DNA of 64,000 nt from Candidatus Latescibacterota bacterium. Lineage in GTDB: Bacteria > Latescibacterota > UBA2968 > UBA8231. The position numbers and the translations under genes are program-made. The stretch spans positions 5,408,001 through 5,472,000 of the forward strand of contig CBDETK010000013.1 in assembly GCA_965242865.1 (NCBI GenBank). The letters run 5' to 3'. The notes under the pieces are model-generated. The model saw nothing but the letters and a program-made list of their open reading frames with translations, made no database searches and was not told where the DNA came from. Each line of letters begins with the position of its first letter. The stretch's first letter is position 1. Of the stretch, positions 9,673-18,680 are shown one piece after another.

Positions 9673-10563
9673 ATGAGAAAAACAGAACCAGTACCAGTAC
9701 CATCTGCAATCACGAAGACTTATCCTCAAAGAGGACCACTACAGCAATATAGATTTGCTACGGCAACAGCATTTCGCTGTTTCCGATGTGGCGCGACTAA
9801 GAAATCCAAGCTAATTACCATCTATCGAGATTGGATGAGAAAGCTATGCAATGGTTGCTATGGTCGTCTTCTATCCCTGTACGAGATTAAAGCTGGAACA
9901 GATTGTACTGACGAGAAAGCGGAACAGATAGCCGTACTGCTGATCTCTTTAGCCCGTGTCAATGACCGCCGGAATGCGGAATACCGTTTACTCGCTTCAG
10001 AGAGCCGTGCAAAATATCTATCCTCAGAATCGCTACGGTTTCTCGCAACATCGGAATTCATAGCATCAAAGTTGTGTTCAGAACCAGAACTTGAGTGGTC
10101 TCCTGCTGTTATCGGTATCTGTAAGGCGATTGAGATAGAGATTGTAAATCGTCTTATCCTACCTCTCGCTCAAAGAGTTGCTTCCGAAGATCTCTCAAAC
10201 GATACTAAAGATAAAGATGTAGGGCGAGTAGCAGCGTTTTGTGTCGATCCAAAGAGGAATCCACTAGAATTGGGTGCTATCTCTCACTTTTTGCAGACTA
10301 CAATTCACAGTCAACGACGGCGGGAAAGTAGTATTTTGATGGGTGTATTCTTACAGCTTGCATCTGATTGGGCTGGCTCCCAATGGATATTGAATCCAAA
10401 TGGTATATGCCAAGCTCTGTCAAAACTCAGGATAGACTTCAGAAATAAATCTGCACATATAGATGAAATGAGTGAAATACATTATCGTCAATGCAGGGAA
10501 TTAGTCATGGGAGTTGATGGTGTTCTTTGGAGACTCATACAGTCAGTTGAGAAACATAGATGA
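9673..10563 (+). CDS. Zn-ribbon plus HEPN-like domain protein
   Basis: CFRC...CNGC at N-terminus; KAIEIEI helix and RNKSAH (RxxxxH) near C-terminus; AT-rich coding sequence. Confidence 0.6.
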   Translation: MRKTEPVPVPSAITKTYPQRGPLQQYRFATATAFRCFRCGATKKSKLITIYRDWMRKLCNGCYGRLLSLYEIKAGTDCTDEKAEQIAVLLISLARVNDRRNAEYRLLASESRAKYLSSESLRFLATSEFIASKLCSEPELEWSPAVIGICKAIEIEIVNRLILPLAQRVASEDLSNDTKDKDVGRVAAFCVDPKRNPLELGAISHFLQTTIHSQRRRESSILMGVFLQLASDWAGSQWILNPNGICQALSKLRIDFRNKSAHIDEMSEIHYRQCRELVMGVDGVLWRLIQSVEKHR

Positions 10564-10682
10564 TTAGAGTAAAGGAACTTACAGAAACCACACAGGATGT
10601 GAAATACTTAGAAGCGATCTTAAATCATTTAGGATGGCTATATATACAGCATAGATGACATGATCCGTGAAGAGGATTGTAA

Positions 10683-11018
10683 TTGAATCTACCTAACGCA
10701 CAAAATGTCCGCATTAAAAAAGAGAAAATTACAGATTATCTGCTTTCAACAAGTAGCCTCGATGGTCGAAGCAAAGCCGAATTCTTCTTCGGATTCGGCT
10801 TTTGTATAGAGGAGTGGCAGATTTTTTTGGACGCATTGCGAATTCATGGAACGAGCCACGGAGTCGTCGAAATTAAAGAAACTAACTACGGCACGAAGTA
10901 TATTATAGATGGATCACTTGAGACCCCCGATGGACGCGACCCATACGTGCGGACTATCTGGCAGATTGATAGGGAAAGTGACTCTCCTAGGTTTATTACG
11001 GCGTATCCTACTGATTAG
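10683..11018 (+). CDS. DUF6883-like protein (putative toxin), copy 1
   Basis: KITDYLL..GRSKAEFF..FGF..YGTKY..G.LETPDGR..VRTIWQID..PRFITAYP. Confidence 0.75.
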   Translation: MNLPNAQNVRIKKEKITDYLLSTSSLDGRSKAEFFFGFGFCIEEWQIFLDALRIHGTSHGVVEIKETNYGTKYIIDGSLETPDGRDPYVRTIWQIDRESDSPRFITAYPTD

Positions 11019-11027
11019 GAGGCAAAT

Positions 11028-14000
11028 ATGTTCAAGGAATTAGACACCATTGTTCTTACAACCGAAATTCCGCTCGATCGTATCTGGGATATTCCACCTG
11101 GTAGCCCGCTGCTTGGGAACAGCAGTTCAGGAGAAGGTCTGAAAGCCGGCGATGTCGGCACGATTGTGTATATACAGGGTGCAGGGGAAGCCTTTGAGGT
11201 AGAGTTCTTGAAGCCAGATGGCTACACAGTCGCTATTGCCACGGTCTTACCATCGCAGGCTCGCCCGGCCACCAAAAAGGACCGCGCCAACTACCGCTTT
11301 GGGGAGAAGTCGCCCGCACATATCCCCTATGTTATAGACAACGAAAATTATCGCATGGCTGATGTGCTCAATGGGATTTTGGCAGGGCACGACAGCAAAT
11401 CACTGGACATCGCCACCGCCTATTTCAATGTACAAAGCTTTACGCTGCTCCAAGAAGGCTTGCAAGGACTTGGTAGCTTTCGCCTGCTGCTAGGCGATGA
11501 ACCCGAGGATGGAGAGTCGGTGGGGCTGCGTCCCCGGGCAGCGCTTAGGTTAATCCATGAACTGAACGCCGCTTCCTTTGACGAAGCTACCCTCAGAGCC
11601 GTTGAAGACCTCATCGCCTTTTTGCGCCGCAACTCAGTGGAGGTTCGTGCCTACCAGAACGGATTCCTCCACGCCAAGACCTACCTCTTCTACGGCGACT
11701 TACCCGTAGGCGGCGCAGACCGCTTTCAGCCTGTCGCGGCCATTGTTGGCTCTAGCAACTTTACTGGCCCTGGTCTAACCACGAATAAAGAACTCAACCT
11801 TTCCCACAAAACAGTGCTTGCCGAAGAAGAGGTCGCTCGGATAGACCCACCACCTGTTGACGGGCGATTGGAAATGGAACTTCGCCAACAGCTGGCCAGC
11901 GGAGTGGGTGCTCAGGCTATCGCCGAACTAGATAGATGGTTCCGAGCACACTGGGAACAGTCCCGCGATTTCAAAGACGACCTCATCGAACTCTTGGATG
12001 CTTCCAAGTTTGGCGAGAAGGAGTACACGCCCTATCAGGTGTATTTGAAGGCACTTTTCGAGTATTTCAAAGACGACCTCGACTCCGAGATGCAGGACCA
12101 TACGCGCTCTGCTGTCGAGTTGTCCGAGTTTCAAGAAGACGCAGTGAAAAAGGCCCGCAAAATTCTGACTCGCTACGATGGCGTGTTAATCGGCGATTCT
12201 GTGGGATTGGGCAAGACGTGGATCGGCAAGAAGCTGTTAGAGGACTACGCTTACTACCAGCGCCAGAAGGCACTCGTAATCTGCCCCGCATCCCTGCGTC
12301 AGATGTGGACCGATGAACTGCAAGACGCTACCATCTCAGCCGCAATCATTTCCCAAGAAGAACTCGGGCGGGCCAATTTTGACACCCATCGCAACGCTGA
12401 TGCAGAGGTGGTGCTGATCGACGAATCTCACAATTTTCGCAATCGCAGTACTCGGCGATACGAAAACCTCGAACGCATCCTTAGTGCCAATGGCAGTAAT
12501 GGTCGGGTCGATGCTCGCAAGAAACTGATCATGCTCACCGCTACTCCCATCAACAACAACATCTTCGACCTATACAACCAGATAACCCTGTTCACAGGCG
12601 GGGACCGTAGCTATTTCGCCAGCGCGGGTATTGGCGATCTACACAGGTTCTTCCTCCGCGCACGTCAAAATGCAGCCGATCACCACACCGGAACCGCGCT
12701 CTTCAACCTGTTAGAGGAGGTCGTGGTTCGGCGCACTAGGGCTTTCATTCGCAAGGCGTATCCCAAAGCTACCATCCAAGGCAAGGCTCTACAATGGCCT
12801 GAGCGCAGGCTCAAGACAATTCGCTACAATCTCGAGTCCACGTACGATGGAATTTATGAGAAAACTGTTGAATCCATAGGTGATCTGAGCCTTGCTCCCT
12901 ATCAACTGGAGACTTATAAGAAGGCGGGCGTTAAGAGAGATAAGTTTGAACAAGGCCGGGAAGAAGCACTGGCCGGCATTTTCAGAAGTCGCTATCTGAA
13001 GCGATTCGAGTCGAGTGTGGAAGCCTTCCGCATTAGCGCAAGACGCTCCTTGGAATTTACCAGAACTTTTGAACGCTATCTTTTGGCAGGCAGGCTGTTG
13101 GACAGTACATCATTCCGCAAAGCTATGCGCTTTCTCGACTACGAGAATGAAGAAGAGGACGCCAGCACTCCTTCCAGTATAGCCAATGACTTGGACGCTA
13201 CTGAGGAGGCGCGGTCTGCACTGGAAAGCCTGTCGGTTTTGGACCCTGAGCAGTACGATCTCAGCCGCCTACGCGAATCGCTACAGCGCGATGTAGAGGC
13301 GCTGACCGAGGTTTGGCACCTGACTAGCAATATCAAACCAGAGCAGGACGCCAAACTGGCGACTCTCAAGACGATCCTCTCTCAAGACTTGAAAGACAAG
13401 AAAGTCATCGTCTTCTCGTACTACCGGGATACAGCCCGATATATCCACCGGGAACTAACTGAAGAACGCGGTGAGAAATTTAGGGAGGAAGCCGGGGATC
13501 CAGTCATTCGTTGCGTGGATGGCGGTGTTTCGCCGCAAGACCGCAGACGATTTATTGAGGCGTTCGCTCCGCGTTCAAACGGCAGAGAGGAACTCGTCGG
13601 CTCTGAGAAAGAAGTGGATATACTCATATCTACGGATGTCTTATCTGAGGGCCAAAACCTCCAAGACTGTGGCATACTGGTCAATTACGACCTGCATTGG
13701 AATCCGACGCGCATGGTACAGCGTGCCGGCCGTATTGACCGCATAGGCTCGGAATTTCCGCAGCTTTGGGTTTACAATATGTTCCCAGAAGCGGGGCTGG
13801 AACGGCTCTTGGGACTAGTAGAGAGCCTAAGTCAAAAAATTGACGATATTGATAAGGCGGGATTTCTGGATGCCTCGGTACTGGGCGAAACGGTCCATCC
13901 TCGGAACTTCAACACCTTACGCCGCATTATGGAAGAGGATGGCAGTGTCGTCGAAGAGCAGGAACAGTTCGCGGAGTTGGCGAGCAACGAGTTCTTGTTA

Positions 14001-14648
14001 CAGCAGCTTCGCAATGCGCTGGGATCCGGTGCTCATGGGACGCTTGAGGAACTGCCCGATGGCATTCATTCTGGCTTAGTCCGAGAAGGGGAACGCGGCG
14101 TATTCTTCTACTTCACCGCACCCGCGACTCGCGGCGGAGATCGCCGTCACTTCTGGCGTTACTACGACCTGAATCGGAACGAGATACAGGATAATCGCCT
14201 TCTGATTACCAACCTGATTGCCTGCTCTGAGGATACTCCGAGGATAGTGGGCGATTGCGACTTATTCGCCGTGCAGGAAAAGGTAATAGAGAACATCTTG
14301 CAGTCCGTACAGGAGCAGCAGGCCGTGGCCGTGGCCCCTAGGATCCTCAACCCCATTCAGAAGAGCGTCATCACCCTGCTTCGCAGTTACCTGAATAGCC
14401 CTGCCATTGATCGACAGGAAGTAAGATCGGCGATGAAAAGACTTTCCCAGCCCATGACGCACGTTGTGGTCAGAGAGCTGAGAAAGGCTTACACAGCCTT
14501 CTCTCAGCACAGAGATGTCCATCAACTGATCAATGCTGTAAATGCTTCTACAATAGATGGAATAGAGCGAGAAAGGAATACCGGGAAGTCCGCACCGCTC
14601 AGGCGCGAAGACCTTCACCTTGTGTGTTTCGACTATGTTTGGTCGTAA
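11028..14648 (+). CDS. PLD-nuclease / SNF2-like helicase with N-terminal DUF4926-like domain
   Basis: N-term GLKAGDVGTIV..AFEVEF; HAKTY and GSSNFT (PLD); DSVGLGKT, DESH, TATP, SEGQNLQ, QRAGRIDRIG helicase motifs. Confidence 0.88.
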   Translation: MFKELDTIVLTTEIPLDRIWDIPPGSPLLGNSSSGEGLKAGDVGTIVYIQGAGEAFEVEFLKPDGYTVAIATVLPSQARPATKKDRANYRFGEKSPAHIPYVIDNENYRMADVLNGILAGHDSKSLDIATAYFNVQSFTLLQEGLQGLGSFRLLLGDEPEDGESVGLRPRAALRLIHELNAASFDEATLRAVEDLIAFLRRNSVEVRAYQNGFLHAKTYLFYGDLPVGGADRFQPVAAIVGSSNFTGPGLTTNKELNLSHKTVLAEEEVARIDPPPVDGRLEMELRQQLASGVGAQAIAELDRWFRAHWEQSRDFKDDLIELLDASKFGEKEYTPYQVYLKALFEYFKDDLDSEMQDHTRSAVELSEFQEDAVKKARKILTRYDGVLIGDSVGLGKTWIGKKLLEDYAYYQRQKALVICPASLRQMWTDELQDATISAAIISQEELGRANFDTHRNADAEVVLIDESHNFRNRSTRRYENLERILSANGSNGRVDARKKLIMLTATPINNNIFDLYNQITLFTGGDRSYFASAGIGDLHRFFLRARQNAADHHTGTALFNLLEEVVVRRTRAFIRKAYPKATIQGKALQWPERRLKTIRYNLESTYDGIYEKTVESIGDLSLAPYQLETYKKAGVKRDKFEQGREEALAGIFRSRYLKRFESSVEAFRISARRSLEFTRTFERYLLAGRLLDSTSFRKAMRFLDYENEEEDASTPSSIANDLDATEEARSALESLSVLDPEQYDLSRLRESLQRDVEALTEVWHLTSNIKPEQDAKLATLKTILSQDLKDKKVIVFSYYRDTARYIHRELTEERGEKFREEAGDPVIRCVDGGVSPQDRRRFIEAFAPRSNGREELVGSEKEVDILISTDVLSEGQNLQDCGILVNYDLHWNPTRMVQRAGRIDRIGSEFPQLWVYNMFPEAGLERLLGLVESLSQKIDDIDKAGFLDASVLGETVHPRNFNTLRRIMEEDGSVVEEQEQFAELASNEFLLQQLRNALGSGAHGTLEELPDGIHSGLVREGERGVFFYFTAPATRGGDRRHFWRYYDLNRNEIQDNRLLITNLIACSEDTPRIVGDCDLFAVQEKVIENILQSVQEQQAVAVAPRILNPIQKSVITLLRSYLNSPAIDRQEVRSAMKRLSQPMTHVVVRELRKAYTAFSQHRDVHQLINAVNASTIDGIERERNTGKSAPLRREDLHLVCFDYVWS

Positions 14649-14662
14649 TGTTTTTTTAGTGA

Positions 14663-14950
14663 GACCCTGATCGTCGGCTTGGGCGCACATCCGCAAGCGG
14701 ACGCCCTGCGCGTACATTGGCCTTCGGGGCGAACGCAACGCACAACCGACGTGGCGGCCGGGACGCTATTGACCGCGTACGAAAACCCAAGGCACTCGCC
14801 TACGGGCGCGGCGTTTGTGGTGGGGCCGTATCGCGCTGGCGAGCCGTAAGGGTGATTGCGTAGCGACCTCATTGGTCGGATATTGACAGGACGTAACGAT
14901 GGGCTTATGAACCGCGACCAGCATCATGCGATCTAGATGTAGAATATACT
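14663..14950 (+). repeat. Direct repeat A, copy 2; contains a start-less ASPIC 3' gene fragment (14663..14849)
   Basis: Encodes TLIVGLGAHPQADALRVHWPSGRTQRTTDVAAGTLLTAYENPRHSPTGAAFVVGPYRAGEP*, a diverged copy of the C-terminus of 4452..5090. Confidence 0.9.
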
Positions 14951-14969
14951 GGATGTCGGAGATTCACTT

Positions 14970-15323
14970 GTGAAGGCCAGAGAATTGAGGCTACCCAACG
15001 CGCAATATGCCCGAGTTGAACGAGAAAAAGTTACAGGCTACCTGCTTTCGACAACTAGTCCCGATGGTCGAAGTAAGGCCGAATTCTTTTTTAGATTCGG
15101 CTTTCGAGTAGATCAGTGGCAGAATTTAGCGGACGCATTACGGGTTCAGGGAACAAGCCATGAAGTTGTCGAGATTGTAGAAACCGTTTTCGGCCCGCGC
15201 TACCATGTAGATGGGATTATTGAGACGCCTGATGGACGTAAGCCGAGAGTAAGAACGGTTTGGCAGGTAGACATAGGGAGCAACAGCCCCAGGCTCATCA
15301 CAGCACATCCGCTCGGAGGATAA
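14970..15323 (+). CDS. DUF6883-like protein (putative toxin), copy 2
   Basis: Clear paralog of 10683..11018 (LPNAQ..EKVTGYLLST.SPDGRSKAEFFF..ETPDGR). Confidence 0.78.
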   Translation: MKARELRLPNAQYARVEREKVTGYLLSTTSPDGRSKAEFFFRFGFRVDQWQNLADALRVQGTSHEVVEIVETVFGPRYHVDGIIETPDGRKPRVRTVWQVDIGSNSPRLITAHPLGG

Positions 15324-15325
15324 AG

Positions 15326-15559
15326 ATGTTCAAAGAACATGAACGTATCGTACTTATAACCGATGTTTTGGAGGAGGGGTTGGTCGCTGGCGATGTCGGC
15401 ACGATTGTTCACACCCATCCAAGAGGCGAAGCCTTTGTGGTAGAGTTCATGACGCTCGACGGGCATACGGCGGCCATTGCCACGGTGCTGCCATCGCAGG
15501 CCCGCCTAGTCTCCGACAAGGATATTACTCACGCCCGCATGATGACGATGACAGATTGA
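15326..15559 (+). CDS. DUF4926-like protein (putative antitoxin/immunity)
   Basis: ATG 15326 with GGAGG RBS; MFKEHERIVL..GLVAGDVGTIVH..AFVVEF..DGHTAAIATV. Confidence 0.8.
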   Translation: MFKEHERIVLITDVLEEGLVAGDVGTIVHTHPRGEAFVVEFMTLDGHTAAIATVLPSQARLVSDKDITHARMMTMTD

Positions 15560-15691
15560 TTGTGCCCGCGCCACCGCACGCCCCAATCGAGCCTTCCACA
15601 AACCGCGACCACGTGCGGAAAGAGCACCAGATGCGCCGCAGCCCACGCGGAGACAAAGACAAACAGCCACCACGGCTCGCCGCGTTGCGAG
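15493..15691. repeat. Direct repeat B, copy 1 (DUF4926 3' end / spermidine-synthase-like 3' end junction, internally deleted)
   Basis: 15493..15573 matches 18250..18330 (79/81); 15574..15691 matches 18563..18680. Confidence 0.9.
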
Positions 15692-15810
15692 TGTCTAAAA
15701 ATCCACCTTGGGTCGTTTTGAACAAGCCGTAGAGGCGGTCGCCATCCTTCCCGCTCGGCCTTAGCCCGTCGCCTCAACGCCATGCAAGCCGGGCCGGTGA
15801 TCCTCCATGA

Positions 15811-17472
15811 CTACCGAATATCCAGCGCGATGGTCGATGGAGTATCCAATCCCGTGGTGATGAGGTTTTCGACGACGCGTGGGCCATCGCTATACAAGTT
15901 GGCCCGCTGAATTTTATCCGTGCCAAAGTCCGCCCAGTACATCTTTCCATTCTTCAAATCCAGCGCGATGCCAAATGGAAGAGTCAATTCCGTGTTCGAA
16001 TCCGTGACGAGGTTTTCGACGACGCGTGGGCCATCGCTATACAAGTTGGCCCGCTGAATTTTATCCGCGTTATAGTCCGTCCAGTACATCTTTCCATTCG
16101 CCAAATCCAGCGCGATGCGCGCTGGACCACTCAATCCCGTGACGAGTTCTTCGACCTGTGAGCCATGTAGGTTAGCCCGCCGAATATTATTCATGCCCGT
16201 GCCACTGTCCGTCCAGTACATCTTTCCTCTAGTCAAATCCAGCGCGATACCCGATGGAGTATCCAACCCCTCGGTGATGAGGTCTTCGATCTCTTTTCCA
16301 TCCAAATTGGCCCGCTGAATTTTATCCGCGCTCGAGCCGAAGTCCGTCCAGTACATCTTTCCTCTAGTCAAATCCAGCGCGATACCCGATGGAGTATCCA
16401 ACCCCGTGACGAGGTCTCGGACCTGTTTTCCATCCAAATTGGCCCGCTGAATTTTACCCGCGCTCTCGTCCGCCCAGTACATCCTTCCGCTCACCAAATC
16501 CAGCGCGATGCCCGATGGATTAATCAATCCCGTGACGAGGTCTTCGACGACGATGTCTGGGCCATCCAAGTTGGCCCGCTGAATTTTACCCGCGCCCCAG
16601 TCCGTCCAGTATATAAAGGATTCCGGCGGTTCCTCCGATTCTGGTTCCGTTTGGACGGTTTCGACGCGGGGGTGGCTTTCTACATGCGATTGGACACGGA
16701 GGCCGTTTGTTATCGCAGCGGCGAGTTGTTGGTTGGCCGCGTGCAGGCTGAGGGCGTTTTCCATCACGCCCAGCCATCGCAGGTTGGTTAGGCTCGCCAA
16801 CGGACTGACATCCGCAATGTCGTTGTCTCCTAGCTGGAGAAATTGCAGGTTCGTTAGGCGGGCTAACGGCTGCACGTCGGTAATCGCGTTGCCCCACATA
16901 TCCAGCTTGCGCAAGCTGATCAGGCTGGCCAGCGGACTCGCATCCGCCACCTTGTTCCCCCACAGCGACAGCGTGTGCAGATTGGTCAGACTGGCCAACG
17001 GGCTGACGTCGGTAATCGCGTTGCCCCGCAGATACAGCGTGTGCAGTGCCGTTGCGTGTTCAAGGCCGGCCACGCTCTCAATGTTTTTGTAGCTGGCGTC
17101 GAGTTCGGTCAGGGCGGCCAAGTCTGCCGGGGTCAGCGGCCCTTGCGGACGGTCCAACGCCTCCCGCACCGCCCGCTCCAGATTGGCGTCGGCGAACTCA
17201 ACGACGGTTGATTGGGTGCTATCGGCGTCAGCGTCGTCGGTCTGAGTGCTATCGGCGTCGGCTTCGGTCTGGGTGGTGTCAGGGCTTTCGGGGGCGGGCA
17301 GCCCGTCGGTAGCGGTGTAGGTGTCGTCGCCCAAGAATTCGCACAAGGAACAGGTGGCTTTGCCGGCCGGCCGTGAAGCGACTGGCGCAGAGTCTGAGCA
17401 GCCCATCCAAGCACTGACGACGCCCAAAAGGACGAACCCAAGCAGGGTTTTGAGAGATTTCAACGAAAGCAT
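15811..17472 (-). CDS. Lipoprotein with internalin-type LRRs and six LDL-receptor class B (YWTD) repeats (eukaryote-like protein)
   Basis: ATG 17472 with AAGGAG; lipobox-like WMGC; FADANLE..VREAL cap, LxLxxNxIxDVSPLASLTNL repeats, 6x YW(T/A)D..I.RANL. Confidence 0.88.
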   Translation of the reverse strand: MLSLKSLKTLLGFVLLGVVSAWMGCSDSAPVASRPAGKATCSLCEFLGDDTYTATDGLPAPESPDTTQTEADADSTQTDDADADSTQSTVVEFADANLERAVREALDRPQGPLTPADLAALTELDASYKNIESVAGLEHATALHTLYLRGNAITDVSPLASLTNLHTLSLWGNKVADASPLASLISLRKLDMWGNAITDVQPLARLTNLQFLQLGDNDIADVSPLASLTNLRWLGVMENALSLHAANQQLAAAITNGLRVQSHVESHPRVETVQTEPESEEPPESFIYWTDWGAGKIQRANLDGPDIVVEDLVTGLINPSGIALDLVSGRMYWADESAGKIQRANLDGKQVRDLVTGLDTPSGIALDLTRGKMYWTDFGSSADKIQRANLDGKEIEDLITEGLDTPSGIALDLTRGKMYWTDSGTGMNNIRRANLHGSQVEELVTGLSGPARIALDLANGKMYWTDYNADKIQRANLYSDGPRVVENLVTDSNTELTLPFGIALDLKNGKMYWADFGTDKIQRANLYSDGPRVVENLITTGLDTPSTIALDIR

Positions 17473-17837
17473 TTTTTGCTCCTTTGTATGGTGTGGGAAG
17501 AAATGGTATGCAGGTTGGAAGAGGGGCATGACGCCCCAAAAGAGGCGGAGTTAGCCCTAGGGCTATCACTTGGAGTGCTCAGGATGTGCGCCCCTTGCTG
17601 TGGGTGCGCCTTTGCTGGTGTTCTGGCGGCGTCTAGATCGAAGAGATTCCGCCCTCGGTCCTTGGCAGACGGGTTGCGGGGGTGGTGCAGTAAACGTGGA
17701 TCCGCATAAAGGCCGCACGGTAGCGTGCGCTTGGGGCCACGCGGCCAGATCGACGCGCCGCCCAACAGCCGCGCACAATCCGTCGGCCTATGCAGAGAAG
17801 TAGAGAGTTTAGTGCTTGGTGCTAGCGGAGAATTTTC

Positions 17838-17877
17838 GGGGGGGGGGGGGGTAAGTCGTTGTTTTTCAAGGACTTAC
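17838..17877. promoter_or_regulatory. G14 homopolymer abutting a 27-bp imperfect palindrome
   Basis: G x14 (17838-51); GTAAGTCGTTG-TTTTT-CAAGGACTTAC (17851-77). Confidence 0.5.
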
Positions 17878-18010
17878 GACACATTAAATCGGACGATGAA
17901 TCCAAGCACCCAACAGGGTTTTGCCCCACAGCAAGGCCCCTGCCTGATATGAAATGCTTAACCATCGTCTCGTTCATTTGCCAACCGATCGTGCCAAATT
18001 TGCAGCTGTA

Positions 18011-18147
18011 ACGGGCAGGCACGGGGGCCTGCCCCAACGAAATTCTTACGGGCAGGCACGGGGGGCCGCCCCAACGAAATTCTTACGGGCAGGCACGGGG
18101 GCCTGCCCCAACGAAATTCTTACGGGCAGGCATGGGGGCCTGCCCCT
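18011..18147. repeat. Tandem REP-like hairpins, 37-nt period, 3.7 copies
   Basis: Unit acGGGCAGGC-acgggg-GCCTGCCCcaacgaaattctt; linkers identical. Confidence 0.9.
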
Positions 18148-18249
18148 GATTGTAGGTTATTTGCCGTCGTTAAATAAAAGCCTAAACACAGAAGTTGCAA
18201 CCTGCACTTCTACGGCAATCCTTAGAGGCGGTCTGAAAACCTGTGATGT

Positions 18250-18680
18250 ATCGCAGGCCCGCCTAGTCACCGACAAGGATAGTACTCACGCCCGCATGAT
18301 GACGATGACAGATTGATTGTGCCCGCGCCATACTACGCAGCAGCAGCAATGCTCCCAGATAGCAACCGATAGCGGCCCACAGCGCGGCGACAAATCCCCA
18401 ATGCAGGGCGAGGAAAACCGCCAAGGCCGCGCCAAAGACCGAGGCCACGCCGTTGACGGCAAATCCCCAGTCAATGCACTCGCCGACGTAGCGCACGGCG
18501 CGCGGGAAGGGCATGCCCATAAAGAACCCCGCCGGGGCGATCAACGCGCAACTTATGGCGACCCGCACGCCCCAATCGAGCCTTCCACAAACCGCGACTA
18601 CGTGCGGAAAGAGCACCAGATGCGCCGCGGCCCACACAGCGACAAAGACAAAGGGCCACCACGGCTCGCCGCGCTGCGAG
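18250..18680. repeat. Direct repeat B, copy 2
   Basis: See 15493..15691; this copy overlaps the intact 3' end of the spermidine-synthase-like gene. Confidence 0.88.

Noticed and set aside
14663-14849. Diversity-generating retroelement template repeat for the ASPIC 3' end
   Set aside because: Mismatches are not adenine-specific (many C/T and C/G) and no reverse transcriptase is in the window
15689-15728. IS-end-like inverted pair (gagtgtctaaaa...ttttgaacaagcc) and agaggcggtc shared with ~18225
   Set aside because: Short imperfect matches, no transposase or target duplication; cannot be supported
18011-18147. CRISPR array
   Set aside because: Linkers are identical and only ~11-15 nt; no cas genes; fits tandem REP
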